A stretch of DNA of 64,000 nt from Candidatus Zixiibacteriota bacterium (GTDB lineage: Bacteria; RBG-13-66-14; B26-G2; WVWN01), in assembly GCA_050117845.1 (NCBI GenBank), contig JASFLY010000005.1, positions 32,001 to 96,000 on the forward strand, written 5' to 3'. A program made the position numbers and the translations under genes. Positions 46,084-54,609 of the stretch are shown here, piece after piece; position 1 is the stretch's first letter, and every line of letters starts with the position of its first letter. Under the pieces are notes generated by a model. It was not told where the DNA came from, searched no databases, and saw nothing but the letters and a program-made list of their open reading frames with translations.

Positions 46084-46410
46084 CTACTTGTTCATGAGGC
46101 GGTATATGTCGTCGTGGGGGCCAAAGGCAAAAAACCTTACGGACTCGTCGGGGGTCGTGGTGCAGTTATCGCAGTTATTTACGCCCTCCATCCCTTTGGC
46201 CCGGCATTCCTTGCAGTAAGCGTATATGACCACGAAGCGCTTGGATACTTTTGAACTGGACAAACCGGCTAAACCATATTTCAACGGCTCGCCATAGCCG
46301 ATTGGCGAGTTCAATATGAGTTTGATTTTGCGAGCGAGTTCCCTTTCCAGGGAAGAGTATTTCTTAACTTGTTTGTTGAAGAGGGGGGAATATATGGGAG
46401 TCGCAGCCAC
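46084..46410 (-). CDS. RelE/ParE-like toxin with CxxC...CxxC insertion
   Basis: F.K..K, P...G.PL...LAGL.S.., ..IY, F..FGPHDDIY. Confidence 0.65.
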   Translation of the reverse strand: MAATPIYSPLFNKQVKKYSSLERELARKIKLILNSPIGYGEPLKYGLAGLSSSKVSKRFVVIYAYCKECRAKGMEGVNNCDNCTTTPDESVRFFAFGPHDDIYRLMNK

Positions 46411-46412
46411 AT

Positions 46413-46643
46413 CTATTCGATGCCGAAGACTTCTTGATGAGTCAGGGTTTGACCTTGCTGAAATTGTTTCCGGGATGTTTGGATCTGCTGGTAGAGATCT
46501 TGGTCGGCAAGGATGAGGGCTGTCAGCAGGTCGCTTAGGTCGACGCGGATGCGGTTGGAGTTAGCATCACATGCTGCAGGGATTCGGATGGAGATGTCAG
46601 TCCGCCCTTCGTACTGAACGGTATATGTAGTTGAATTCGTCAT
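46413..46643 (-). CDS. Putative antitoxin
   Basis: Directly upstream of the toxin; C-terminus SR..F.QGQTLTHQEVFG resembles antitoxin tails. Confidence 0.55.
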   Translation of the reverse strand: MTNSTTYTVQYEGRTDISIRIPAACDANSNRIRVDLSDLLTALILADQDLYQQIQTSRKQFQQGQTLTHQEVFGIE

Positions 46644-46927
46644 TTTTTCTTTTCCTCATAGGACGTAATCATGTCGTCGAGTTTTTTACGGAGGTCCAGT
46701 GCTTTATGGTAGCTGAAGGCGAGGCGTGCAACCATATTGCCGACTACGTTTTTGGCCTCCGGGTCTTGCTTGGAGGCGTGCATATCAGCGGGATGGACGT
46801 ACAGCGCGTCCAGCGCGAAGTCGTCTTCGGCGTAGGAAACGACGAAAAAGTTAGCCGGTTGGGCGGGCGGCTTCTGCGGCACGACTACCTCGATATTGGA
46901 TTTTTTCTTCGGTTTTTTTTCGGCCAT
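46640..46927 (-). CDS. Small hypothetical protein (DUF3467-like)
   Basis: AN...V....DDF.LD, VAR...S...A..L; GGAGG RBS; ATGA overlap with the next gene. Confidence 0.6.
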   Translation of the reverse strand: MAEKKPKKKSNIEVVVPQKPPAQPANFFVVSYAEDDFALDALYVHPADMHASKQDPEAKNVVGNMVARLAFSYHKALDLRKKLDDMITSYEEKKK

Positions 46928-47028
46928 GTTTCACGCCTCCTGAATTTAAATTATTTTACCACGGCCGTTGGGCGATGTCAACGAAGGCCGAAGCTTTGGG
47001 GAATGAAAAAGAATACTGAAGGATAAAA

Positions 47029-47280
47029 ATGGAAGTCGTGGACCTGGGTGACGGCGTGCGCGTGGGCGCCATCTTCGAGGAATCGGGGAAGATAAAGCCG
47101 GTGTGGTTCGCCTACAACGGCCGGCGCCTCGCGATAGAGCGCGTGACCTACGCCTGGAAGGAGCGCGACGGCGACGTGAGCATCCGGCACTACGCGGTGA
47201 AGGTGGGCGGAACGGTATACGAGCTGGCGTTCGACACGTCGACGCTGGCCTGGCGCCTCGCCCGCAGCTACATCGAATAG
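47029..47280 (+). CDS. Small conserved-looking protein upstream of dinB
   Basis: P.WF...GR...I..V...W.ER.G.....HY.V......YEL.FD.....W.L. Confidence 0.7.
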   Translation: MEVVDLGDGVRVGAIFEESGKIKPVWFAYNGRRLAIERVTYAWKERDGDVSIRHYAVKVGGTVYELAFDTSTLAWRLARSYIE

Positions 47281-47456
47281 GGAGGGAGGGTTGTAGGGAG
47301 GGAGGGTCAAGGAGGCAGGGGGAGAGGGCGGTAAAATTGGGGGGGAGAAGGACGGGGGGTAAAGGGTAATTGGGGGGTGTGGGGGTTATTGGGGGGGGTG
47401 GGGCCTGTCGAGGGGGCGGGCCCCTTTTTTATCTCGGGTGATTGTGAGGAAATGAC

Positions 47457-48764
47457 ATGTGGGCATCCATTACGGGCCTGGCGCACGGGAGGCCGCTACT
47501 CGGCGGCGAGCGCCCCGGCACGGCGGGCCTCGGCCCCGGCGCCGAGGCCTACGGCGAGTTCTGGGAGCGCATCGTCGTATTCCTGGACATGAACGCGTTC
47601 TTCGTGAACGTGGAGGTGCGGGCCAAGCCGTGGCTGGCGGGCAGGCCTATTCTGGTGGTGGGCTCGCGCAAGGAGCGCTCCGTCGTCGCGTCGGCCTCGT
47701 ACGAGACGCGCAAGTTCGGCGTCAGGTCCGGCATGCCCTCCGAGGAGGCGCGGCGGCTCTGCCGCGACGCCGTCGTCGTCCCCGCCGACATCCCCAAGTA
47801 CACCCACGCGCTGCGCGAGGTAGCGACGCGGGCGCACCACTACACGCCCGTGGTCGAGATAGCCTCCATCGACGAGCTGGCGCTGGACATAACGACGACC
47901 TTTCGCCGCTGGGGGACGCCGCGCGACTGCGCCGTCGCCTTCGCCCGCGAGGTCCGCGAGGAGCTCGGCCTGCCGTGCTCGCTCGGCATCGCCCCCAACA
48001 AGATGCTCGCGAAGCTGGCCGCCGGCCTGGAGAAGCCCAACGGCCTAACGGTCCTGCGGCCCTCCCAGCTCGAGACCTTCCTGGAGGACCTGCCCACCAC
48101 CGAGCTGCCGGGCATCGGCCCCAGGATGGGGGAGCACCTGCGGCGGATGGGCGCGAGCACCTGCGGCCAGATGGGCCGCCTGCCGCTCTCGCGGCTGCGC
48201 TCGCGCTTCGGCATCATCGGCGACGTTCTGCAGAACATGGGCCTGGGGATAGACCGCAGGCCGCTCGTTGCCCACTACGACTACGAGGAGGCCAAGTCCG
48301 TCGGCAACACCGTAACGCTCAACCGCGACACCTACGACCCGGCCGAAATCCGGCGGACCTTCCTGTGGCTGTGCGAGCGGGTGGGGCGGCGTCTGCGCGG
48401 CGACGGCTACTGCGGCCGCTGCGTCTACGCCATCGCGCGCTACCCGGACTTCTACACCGTGGGGAAGTCGCACCGCCTCTCGCGCTACGTGGACGAGGGG
48501 ATGGACGTCTTCCGGGCGGCGTGGCCGCTCTTGCCCGACGACATGCGGGAGCGCGGCGTGCGGATGCTGGGGGTGTCGGTCTCGATGCTGCTGCATCACG
48601 GCCGGCCCATGAACCTGTTCGAGATGCGGCGGGACCGCCTCATGACGACGCTGGACGAGCTGAACCGGAAGTACGGCCGCGACGCGCTCAAGCGGGCGGA
48701 GCTGATGCCCGGCCTCCCCGGCGGCCTCTACGAGACCGTCCAGGCCGGCTGGCACCCGGGGTAG
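47457..48764 (+). CDS. dinB: Y-family DNA polymerase IV
   Basis: DMNAFF..VE, ASYE.R.FGV.SGM, SIDE, GIAPNK.LAKLA....KPNG, LPGIG. Confidence 0.93.
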   Translation: MWASITGLAHGRPLLGGERPGTAGLGPGAEAYGEFWERIVVFLDMNAFFVNVEVRAKPWLAGRPILVVGSRKERSVVASASYETRKFGVRSGMPSEEARRLCRDAVVVPADIPKYTHALREVATRAHHYTPVVEIASIDELALDITTTFRRWGTPRDCAVAFAREVREELGLPCSLGIAPNKMLAKLAAGLEKPNGLTVLRPSQLETFLEDLPTTELPGIGPRMGEHLRRMGASTCGQMGRLPLSRLRSRFGIIGDVLQNMGLGIDRRPLVAHYDYEEAKSVGNTVTLNRDTYDPAEIRRTFLWLCERVGRRLRGDGYCGRCVYAIARYPDFYTVGKSHRLSRYVDEGMDVFRAAWPLLPDDMRERGVRMLGVSVSMLLHHGRPMNLFEMRRDRLMTTLDELNRKYGRDALKRAELMPGLPGGLYETVQAGWHPG

Positions 48765-48834
48765 GATGGGTCCCCGGGATAGTAATAAGCCGGGCCCCGC
48801 GGCCCGGCTTTTTGTTCCCTGAAATAATCCCGGC

Positions 48835-49392
48835 TCAATAGTACAACGCCTTGACCCGGCCGAGGGAAGTCGGGCCGACGGCGACGTTGTACAAACCGAT
48901 TTCGACGTCGTCGAGACGCAATATCGTCGTCCCGCTGTTGTACGGGCCGTAGACCATTGAGAACCAGTGTATTTTGTACCGGCCTTTCGCCGTTACCGGC
49001 GACGAAACCCATTCGTAGTACTCCCATCCGCTCGTCTCGGGCAAACCGTAAGATATAATTTGGCCGCCGCCGTCGATAGATATATCGTATTGGCGGGGCG
49101 CGCTCCCGTATCCGGTCGCCACGTAGCGGAAAATGACGCGGATGCGTTGGTCGCGGTCCAGGCGAAAACTCGGCGTCATAATCGAGCATTTGGCCTCGTC
49201 GCCGATGACGGTGGTGGCGTATCCGTCGGCGTAACCGCCCGGGTTGGACCATCCCCAATCGCTACCGTAGCCGGTCACGGCCCAACCTTGGGGCGGGAAC
49301 CGCGAGCCCCCGAAGTCCTCCTCGACCAGCGGCGGGGGAGTGGCCGCCGCGGCGGCGGCAAGTAGCGCGAGAAGGAATCCCTTTTTGATCAT
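48835..49392 (-). CDS. Secreted beta-sandwich protein (EDF...FPP.GW; cleaved-adhesin/MAM-like) with shared C-terminal motif
   Basis: Signal peptide; EEDFGGSRFPPQGW; LDDV; AVGPTSLGRVKALYY. Confidence 0.82.
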   Translation of the reverse strand: MIKKGFLLALLAAAAAATPPPLVEEDFGGSRFPPQGWAVTGYGSDWGWSNPGGYADGYATTVIGDEAKCSIMTPSFRLDRDQRIRVIFRYVATGYGSAPRQYDISIDGGGQIISYGLPETSGWEYYEWVSSPVTAKGRYKIHWFSMVYGPYNSGTTILRLDDVEIGLYNVAVGPTSLGRVKALYY

Positions 49393-49432
49393 GACCTTTC
49401 TTCCGAAGCGGAGGAGGGAGGGCCGGTCGGCC

Positions 49433-50017
49433 TTACCGGTACAACGCCTTGACCCGACCGAGGGACGTCGGCGAGATGCCCGTGTTTTCCTCGACGACGA
49501 CGTCGTCCACGTAGAAGTACCCGTTGCCGCGGGGTCCGTGAGGACTACCGTTTTCGCCGGACAGCTTCCAACCTACGCCGTAGTCGCCAATCATGTAAGT
49601 GGGGAAGTTGACGCGGACCTGGGCCCAATTTTCGGAGTGCGGTAAATCCTGAGACCAGCGCGCCATCCCGCCTTGCCACAGTTGGAGTCTAAGCAGATAA
49701 GTCAAAGCGCCGTCGCTATCGCTATAATACTTGAAAGAAACGCAGGTGGGGGCTCCGGTAAGGGGTATGGATTTCGTTGCGAGAGTAGTACTGCCGGTGC
49801 TTTCGTAGTAACCGAACACGTGGCCGCGGGCGCAGTAGTTACCGCCGACGTTGAACCTTTCCCATTCTATTATCTCCATGCCGTGGTTCTCTATTATTAC
49901 CGACCAGCCATCCGGGGGGAACGTCGCGTCGCTGAAGTCCTCCTCGAGAATCGCGCCGCCCGCCACGCCGGCGACCGCTAACGCCAGCGCCGTTATCGCG
50001 ATAAATCCCTTTCCCAT
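49433..50017 (-). CDS. Secreted FPP.GW-family protein with shared C-terminal motif
   Basis: EEDFSDATFPPDGW; VDDV; ISPTSLGRVKALYR. Confidence 0.82.
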   Translation of the reverse strand: MGKGFIAITALALAVAGVAGGAILEEDFSDATFPPDGWSVIIENHGMEIIEWERFNVGGNYCARGHVFGYYESTGSTTLATKSIPLTGAPTCVSFKYYSDSDGALTYLLRLQLWQGGMARWSQDLPHSENWAQVRVNFPTYMIGDYGVGWKLSGENGSPHGPRGNGYFYVDDVVVEENTGISPTSLGRVKALYR

Positions 50018-50080
50018 AATCCTACCTCCTTCGTACGCCGGATAAGATCCCGGCTATTTATCCCCTGCCGTAATCCCGGT

Positions 50081-50641
50081 TCAGCGGTACAGCGCCTTGA
50101 CCCGGCCTATGGACGTCGGCGAGACGCCGACGTTGTATAGTACTATCTCGACGTCGTCGAGCCGCAATATGCCCGTACCGCTATTATAGGGGCTGTAGAC
50201 CGTCGCGACCCACCCTATCCGGAAATCGGTGTACGCCCACGCGCTCGGAGAGACCCATTCGTAATATTCCCACCCGGTCGTTTTGGGTAAGGAGCTCGCG
50301 CAGACGCCGTTGCCCGTGAAGTATATTGCATGGTCGGTGGGCGCGCCGCCGGACCCGGTTGCGACGTAACGGAAGGTGGCTCGGACGCGCTGGGCGCCCT
50401 CCAGGTAAAACGGCGGCGAATAGATGCGGCACGAGGCCGTACTGGCTACGGTAGAAGTGGCGTATCCGTCGGCGTAACCGCCGGGGTTAGACCATCCCCA
50501 ATCGCTGCCGGAGCCGGACGCCGTCCACCCCTCCGGCGGGAATTGTGATCCCTCGAAGTCCTCTTCGACGAACGCCGGGGGAGTAGCGGCGCAGAGCGCC
50601 GCCGTGGCCGCTAGCGCCGCGAACGAGATCCGTAACCTCAT
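50081..50641 (-). CDS. Secreted FPP.GW-family protein (close paralog of 48835-49392)
   Basis: GSDWGWSNPGGYADGYAT shared; VSPTSIGRVKALYR. Confidence 0.82.
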   Translation of the reverse strand: MRLRISFAALAATAALCAATPPAFVEEDFEGSQFPPEGWTASGSGSDWGWSNPGGYADGYATSTVASTASCRIYSPPFYLEGAQRVRATFRYVATGSGGAPTDHAIYFTGNGVCASSLPKTTGWEYYEWVSPSAWAYTDFRIGWVATVYSPYNSGTGILRLDDVEIVLYNVGVSPTSIGRVKALYR

Positions 50642-50668
50642 TCCCGTGCCCCCGTGTTTACTACATCC

Positions 50669-51220
50669 TTACCGGTAAAGCGCGCGCACCCGGCCCAACG
50701 ACGTCGGCGAGACGGCCGTATTCTCCAACGTCACCACGACGTCGTCGACGTGCCATACGCTACTCCCGCCGTGGCTTCCCCCGTGAAAGATCATGCGGAA
50801 CTCGAGTTGGTAGTCGTCCGACGAGGCCGGCGCCGTGCTATCCGTAAACGGCGTCCACTCGTGGTTCATGGTGTACGGGACCGACGTGCCCCAGGTGCCG
50901 AGGTTGACGTACCTACTGCATTCGGGGAAGCCGTCCGTCTTATAATTGAAGTCGACGTGAACCGTCGTGCCTCCGGTGATATGGAAGTAGAACGTGTACA
51001 ACGACGTGGTAACGCTTTGGAAAGATCCGACGTTAGCGTATCCTTGCGCGTAGCCGCCGTTGTTCTGCCACGACCAGCTACCGGACCCCGAGCCGTTAGA
51101 GTACCATCCCGGCGGCGGGAACGTTCCCCCCGAGAAGCCCTCGTCAACCGGTACGGACGGTGATGCCCACGTGAGGCCGGCCACGGCTACGAGTCCCAAT
51201 ACCGCCATCACCTTTTCCAT
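50669..51220 (-). CDS. Secreted FPP.GW-family protein with shared C-terminal motif
   Basis: EGFSGGTFPPPGW; AVSPTSLGRVRALYR. Confidence 0.82.
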   Translation of the reverse strand: MEKVMAVLGLVAVAGLTWASPSVPVDEGFSGGTFPPPGWYSNGSGSGSWSWQNNGGYAQGYANVGSFQSVTTSLYTFYFHITGGTTVHVDFNYKTDGFPECSRYVNLGTWGTSVPYTMNHEWTPFTDSTAPASSDDYQLEFRMIFHGGSHGGSSVWHVDDVVVTLENTAVSPTSLGRVRALYR

Positions 51221-51251
51221 ACTCCACTCTCCCTTCGTTGTTACCGGAATA

Positions 51252-51839
51252 CTACCGGTAGATTGCCCGCACTCGCCCCAGCGACGTGGGTTCCACCGCG
51301 TGGTACCGTTTATCGTTGATGAGAATATTATCGAGGTCCCAGCTGTATACGGAGGTATGGAAAGAGGGGTTCTTGACGTAGATTTCGAAACGGGCCGCGA
51401 CCCTCCCGGCCCGGGTGACGACTATATAATCCGAGTACGCGCGCCAATCGGCCGCGAGGAGCATGTCGCGCTGGACCAGCGTTTCGGCGGGAGGACCTAC
51501 GTAGTAGAGGGAAAAACGGGCGTAGTGTTCCGCCGGGTAGCCGTTGCAGCCGAGGCCGTAATCGTAGCGGAACTCGACGGTCGTTCCGGCGGGGACGTCG
51601 AAGGCCGGCGTGTCTATTCGGGCCCAACGGACGATGCCGTCCGTGCTGGACGCCCATCCGATGGCGTAGTTGCACCAGGGGCCGCCCGACTGCGGATCCC
51701 ACCCCGCGTTGACGGTTTTCTCCACGCCCCATCCGCCGGGCGGGAAGGTTCCTTCGAACCCTTCGTTGATGTACGCGGTGGCGCCGGCGCCGGCGGCGCA
51801 AAACGCCAACACTAACGGGAGTAGACATGCTCGCCGCAT
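51252..51839 (-). CDS. Secreted FPP.GW-family protein with shared C-terminal motif
   Basis: EGFEGTFPPGGW; AVEPTSLGRVRAIYR. Confidence 0.82.
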   Translation of the reverse strand: MRRACLLPLVLAFCAAGAGATAYINEGFEGTFPPGGWGVEKTVNAGWDPQSGGPWCNYAIGWASSTDGIVRWARIDTPAFDVPAGTTVEFRYDYGLGCNGYPAEHYARFSLYYVGPPAETLVQRDMLLAADWRAYSDYIVVTRAGRVAARFEIYVKNPSFHTSVYSWDLDNILINDKRYHAVEPTSLGRVRAIYR

Positions 51840-51902
51840 CTGACCCTCCTTTGCTAAATACCTTTAGGCGTTACGTTCCCCGCAATAAAACTCTGTCTAA
51901 TC

Positions 51903-52487
51903 TTACCGGTACAGCGCCCGCACCCGGCCGAGTGACGTCGCTTCGACGGCGACATTGTCCTCCGACGCCGATATATCGTCCAGGTGCAAGTAAACCGCCC
52001 CGCCGGAAGAAGGACCCATCAGGCTGTCTATTTCCCAGGCGAATTTATAGTCGGCGGCCGATTCGGTTATGGTCGGTACCGCCTCCTCGACCCACTCCCA
52101 ACTCTGGCACCCGTGGAAGTCCTTTCTCCAGACCTCGCTTCCGCCCTTGCGGAGGATCAGGTTCAGGTAGAACCTTACCGTACCGCGCCCCGAGGTATAC
52201 CGCCTGAATTTAAGGTTGACGTCCGTCCCGGCTTGCAACGATACGGCGCCGCTTACCAGCGTGGTCGTCCCGGCCGCGCCGTACGGCCCTTCCATGAAAC
52301 CGCGGGCGTAAGCCGACGCCCCTTCGTTGATCTTATCCCATCCCGAGGCGGCGCTGCCGGTGCTCTCGGTGGTCCACCCGGCCGGGGGGAACGGGCCGCC
52401 ACTGAAGTCCTCGTCGAGGTACGATACGGGAGGCGTTCCCCATGCGCCGGCGGCCAACGCCGCCGCGAGCCCAACGTATTTCCACAT
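51903..52487 (-). CDS. Secreted FPP.GW-family protein with shared C-terminal motif
   Basis: EDFSGGPFPPAGW; AVEATSLGRVRALYR. Confidence 0.82.
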   Translation of the reverse strand: MWKYVGLAAALAAGAWGTPPVSYLDEDFSGGPFPPAGWTTESTGSAASGWDKINEGASAYARGFMEGPYGAAGTTTLVSGAVSLQAGTDVNLKFRRYTSGRGTVRFYLNLILRKGGSEVWRKDFHGCQSWEWVEEAVPTITESAADYKFAWEIDSLMGPSSGGAVYLHLDDISASEDNVAVEATSLGRVRALYR

Positions 52488-52517
52488 AGCGCCCCCCTTT
52501 GTGCGCTCCGCCGCCGG

Positions 52518-53144
52518 TTACCGGTAGAGCGCCCGCACCCGCCCCAGCGACGTCGGCTCCACGGCCTGGTCGTCGTACGTGAAGCGGAAGCGGCAGATAG
52601 TACTGAAGAGATTGCCCGACGTGCCCTCGTACACCTTGCTTATTAATCCGTAGTTTTGGCCGGCGTCGTGGCCCCAGTTGCGGACCTCGGTTTCGACCTG
52701 GCCGTTGTTCCAACGCAACTCGACGATGAGGTTCCGGGCGTTGTCGTAATCGAAGGAAGTCGTCAAATCGAAGCCGAACCACGAGTCCGCGGTTCCGGCG
52801 AGGAGGAGCGGGTTCGCCGCGTGCGCCAGGACGGGCGTATTGCCGCCGTAGTTGTCGGCGAAGTTCGCGGTCAGCTCGGATAGCGGCGTATGACAGAGGC
52901 GGAGTTCGAACTGGCGGTAGGGGGCGTTCGAGAAGTCGTTCCCGGCTTCCCACTCGATTTTCGTTATCGCGCCGGCGAAGCCCAGTTGCGTTTGCGGCAC
53001 CAAAAACTGGTACTTATAGCAGATGCCTCAAGTACCGCAGAACGGCAGTTTTAACTGCTGGTCCTTACTGCCGGTTTCGACCTGGCCCGCGATGGCCCCG
53101 GCCGCGGCGACCAATACCAGTATCGGGACAAGTTTCCTCAACAT
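52518..53144 (-). CDS. Secreted candidate selenoprotein, paralog 9 (208 aa; TGA at 53030-53028, PF-CGTU-G, CxxU type)
   Basis: AGGAGG RBS; MLRKLVPILVLVAAAGAIAG signal; hairpin GTACCAG-TTT-TTGGTGC (52997-53013); homologous to the 24-30 kb family; AVEPTSLGRVRALYR. Confidence 0.82.
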
Positions 53145-53222
53145 CGTAGGAGCCTCCTGTCCGTTAACATTATATCACTTTATGGTGACGTATCAAGTCA
53201 GTTTTTTACTGCGCCGGCGAAA

Positions 53223-54464
53223 CTACCTCGTATTGCGGAGGCGCGGGAACCGCCACGCCACGAGAGCGCCCCAGACGAGCGACGCCCCCGCGCCGATAAG
53301 GAGCGCCGCGTGGACGTCGACGTAGCGGGCGACGTACCCGGCCTGCAAAGAGCCCAGCCGCATGGAACTCATGAACACGAGGAAGTAAATGCTCATAATC
53401 CGGCCGCGGAAGCGGTCCGCCACGTTGACCTGGATCAGCGTGTTGGCGAGGGAGTTCTGCATGACGAAACAAAAACCCGCCGCGACCAGTAGGGCCGCCG
53501 CCAGCCAGAAGGCCCGCACGAACGCGAACGAGAAGACGATGCCGGCGAAGGCGACGTTGGCGACGGTCAATATCAGGCCGCGCCGACTGCGGTTCCCCAG
53601 GCTCGCGACCACCAGAGCCCCCGCCAGCGCGCCCAGCCCCGCGCAGGTCATCAGGAAACCGTAGATGTCCGCGCCGCCGCCGAAGACCTCCCGGGCGTAG
53701 ACCGGCATCAGGACGGAGTAGGGCATGACGAAAAAGGCCGACACGCCGACTATCGAGATGATGACCCAGACCAGCGTGTTTTTCCCGGCGTACTTGATGC
53801 CGCGGGCGATCTGGCGGCCCGGCGAGCTGTTGATCTTGCGGCGCACCGACGACGTGCTCATTATCAGAAGCGCGCCGATGACCGGGAGGAAGGAGACGGC
53901 GTTGATGGAGAACGCGAGCCCCTCGCCGAGCGCGGCGACCAGGATGCCGGCGACGGCGGGGCCGGCGCTGCGGGCGATGTTGAATATGGTGGAATTGAGC
54001 GCGATGGCGTTGGTCAGGTCTTCCTTGCCGACGAGTTCGATGACGTAGGACTGCCGGGAAGGCATGTCGAGGGCCTGGGCCAGTCCCGCGACGAGCGCGA
54101 GTACCATGACGTGCCAGACCTGTATCTGGCCGGTGAGGGTGAGGACGGCGAGGACGGCGGCCTGGACGAAGAGCGTCGTCTGGGCGATGAGGACGATGCG
54201 CCGTTTGTCGAAACGGTCGGCCAGCGAGCCGGCCCACAGGCTCATCGGCAACGACGGGACCAGGCTCACGAAGTTGACGAGTCCCAGCATCGCCGGCGAC
54301 CCCGTCAGGCGGTAGACCAGCCAGTTCTGCGCGACCAGTTGAACCCAGGTCCCGGTGAGGGATACCATCTGGCTGAACCACCACAGCCGGTAGTCGCGGT
54401 GGCGCAGGGCCCGGAACGTTCTGAGAACGCCGGGGCCGCCTTTTTTCGCTTGGCTATCCGACAT
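53223..54464 (-). CDS. MFS transporter (DUF894/EntS-like)
   Basis: FRAL.HRDYR, GTW.Q.VAQ.WLVY.LT, G.LADRFDKRR, D.PSRQS; about 12 TMs. Confidence 0.9.
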   Translation of the reverse strand: MSDSQAKKGGPGVLRTFRALRHRDYRLWWFSQMVSLTGTWVQLVAQNWLVYRLTGSPAMLGLVNFVSLVPSLPMSLWAGSLADRFDKRRIVLIAQTTLFVQAAVLAVLTLTGQIQVWHVMVLALVAGLAQALDMPSRQSYVIELVGKEDLTNAIALNSTIFNIARSAGPAVAGILVAALGEGLAFSINAVSFLPVIGALLIMSTSSVRRKINSSPGRQIARGIKYAGKNTLVWVIISIVGVSAFFVMPYSVLMPVYAREVFGGGADIYGFLMTCAGLGALAGALVVASLGNRSRRGLILTVANVAFAGIVFSFAFVRAFWLAAALLVAAGFCFVMQNSLANTLIQVNVADRFRGRIMSIYFLVFMSSMRLGSLQAGYVARYVDVHAALLIGAGASLVWGALVAWRFPRLRNTR

Positions 54465-54609
54465 GTTTAAGGGGGATTACCGTGCCTCGGCGCGGCCGTG
54501 GCGGCTTACCTGACATATTAGATATATTATACGAAACGGCGGGCCGGTGCAAGGGGTGCAAGATTGATATTCCTTGCCGGCCCGGCCGGCCGGGCGTATA
54601 ATAACACAT

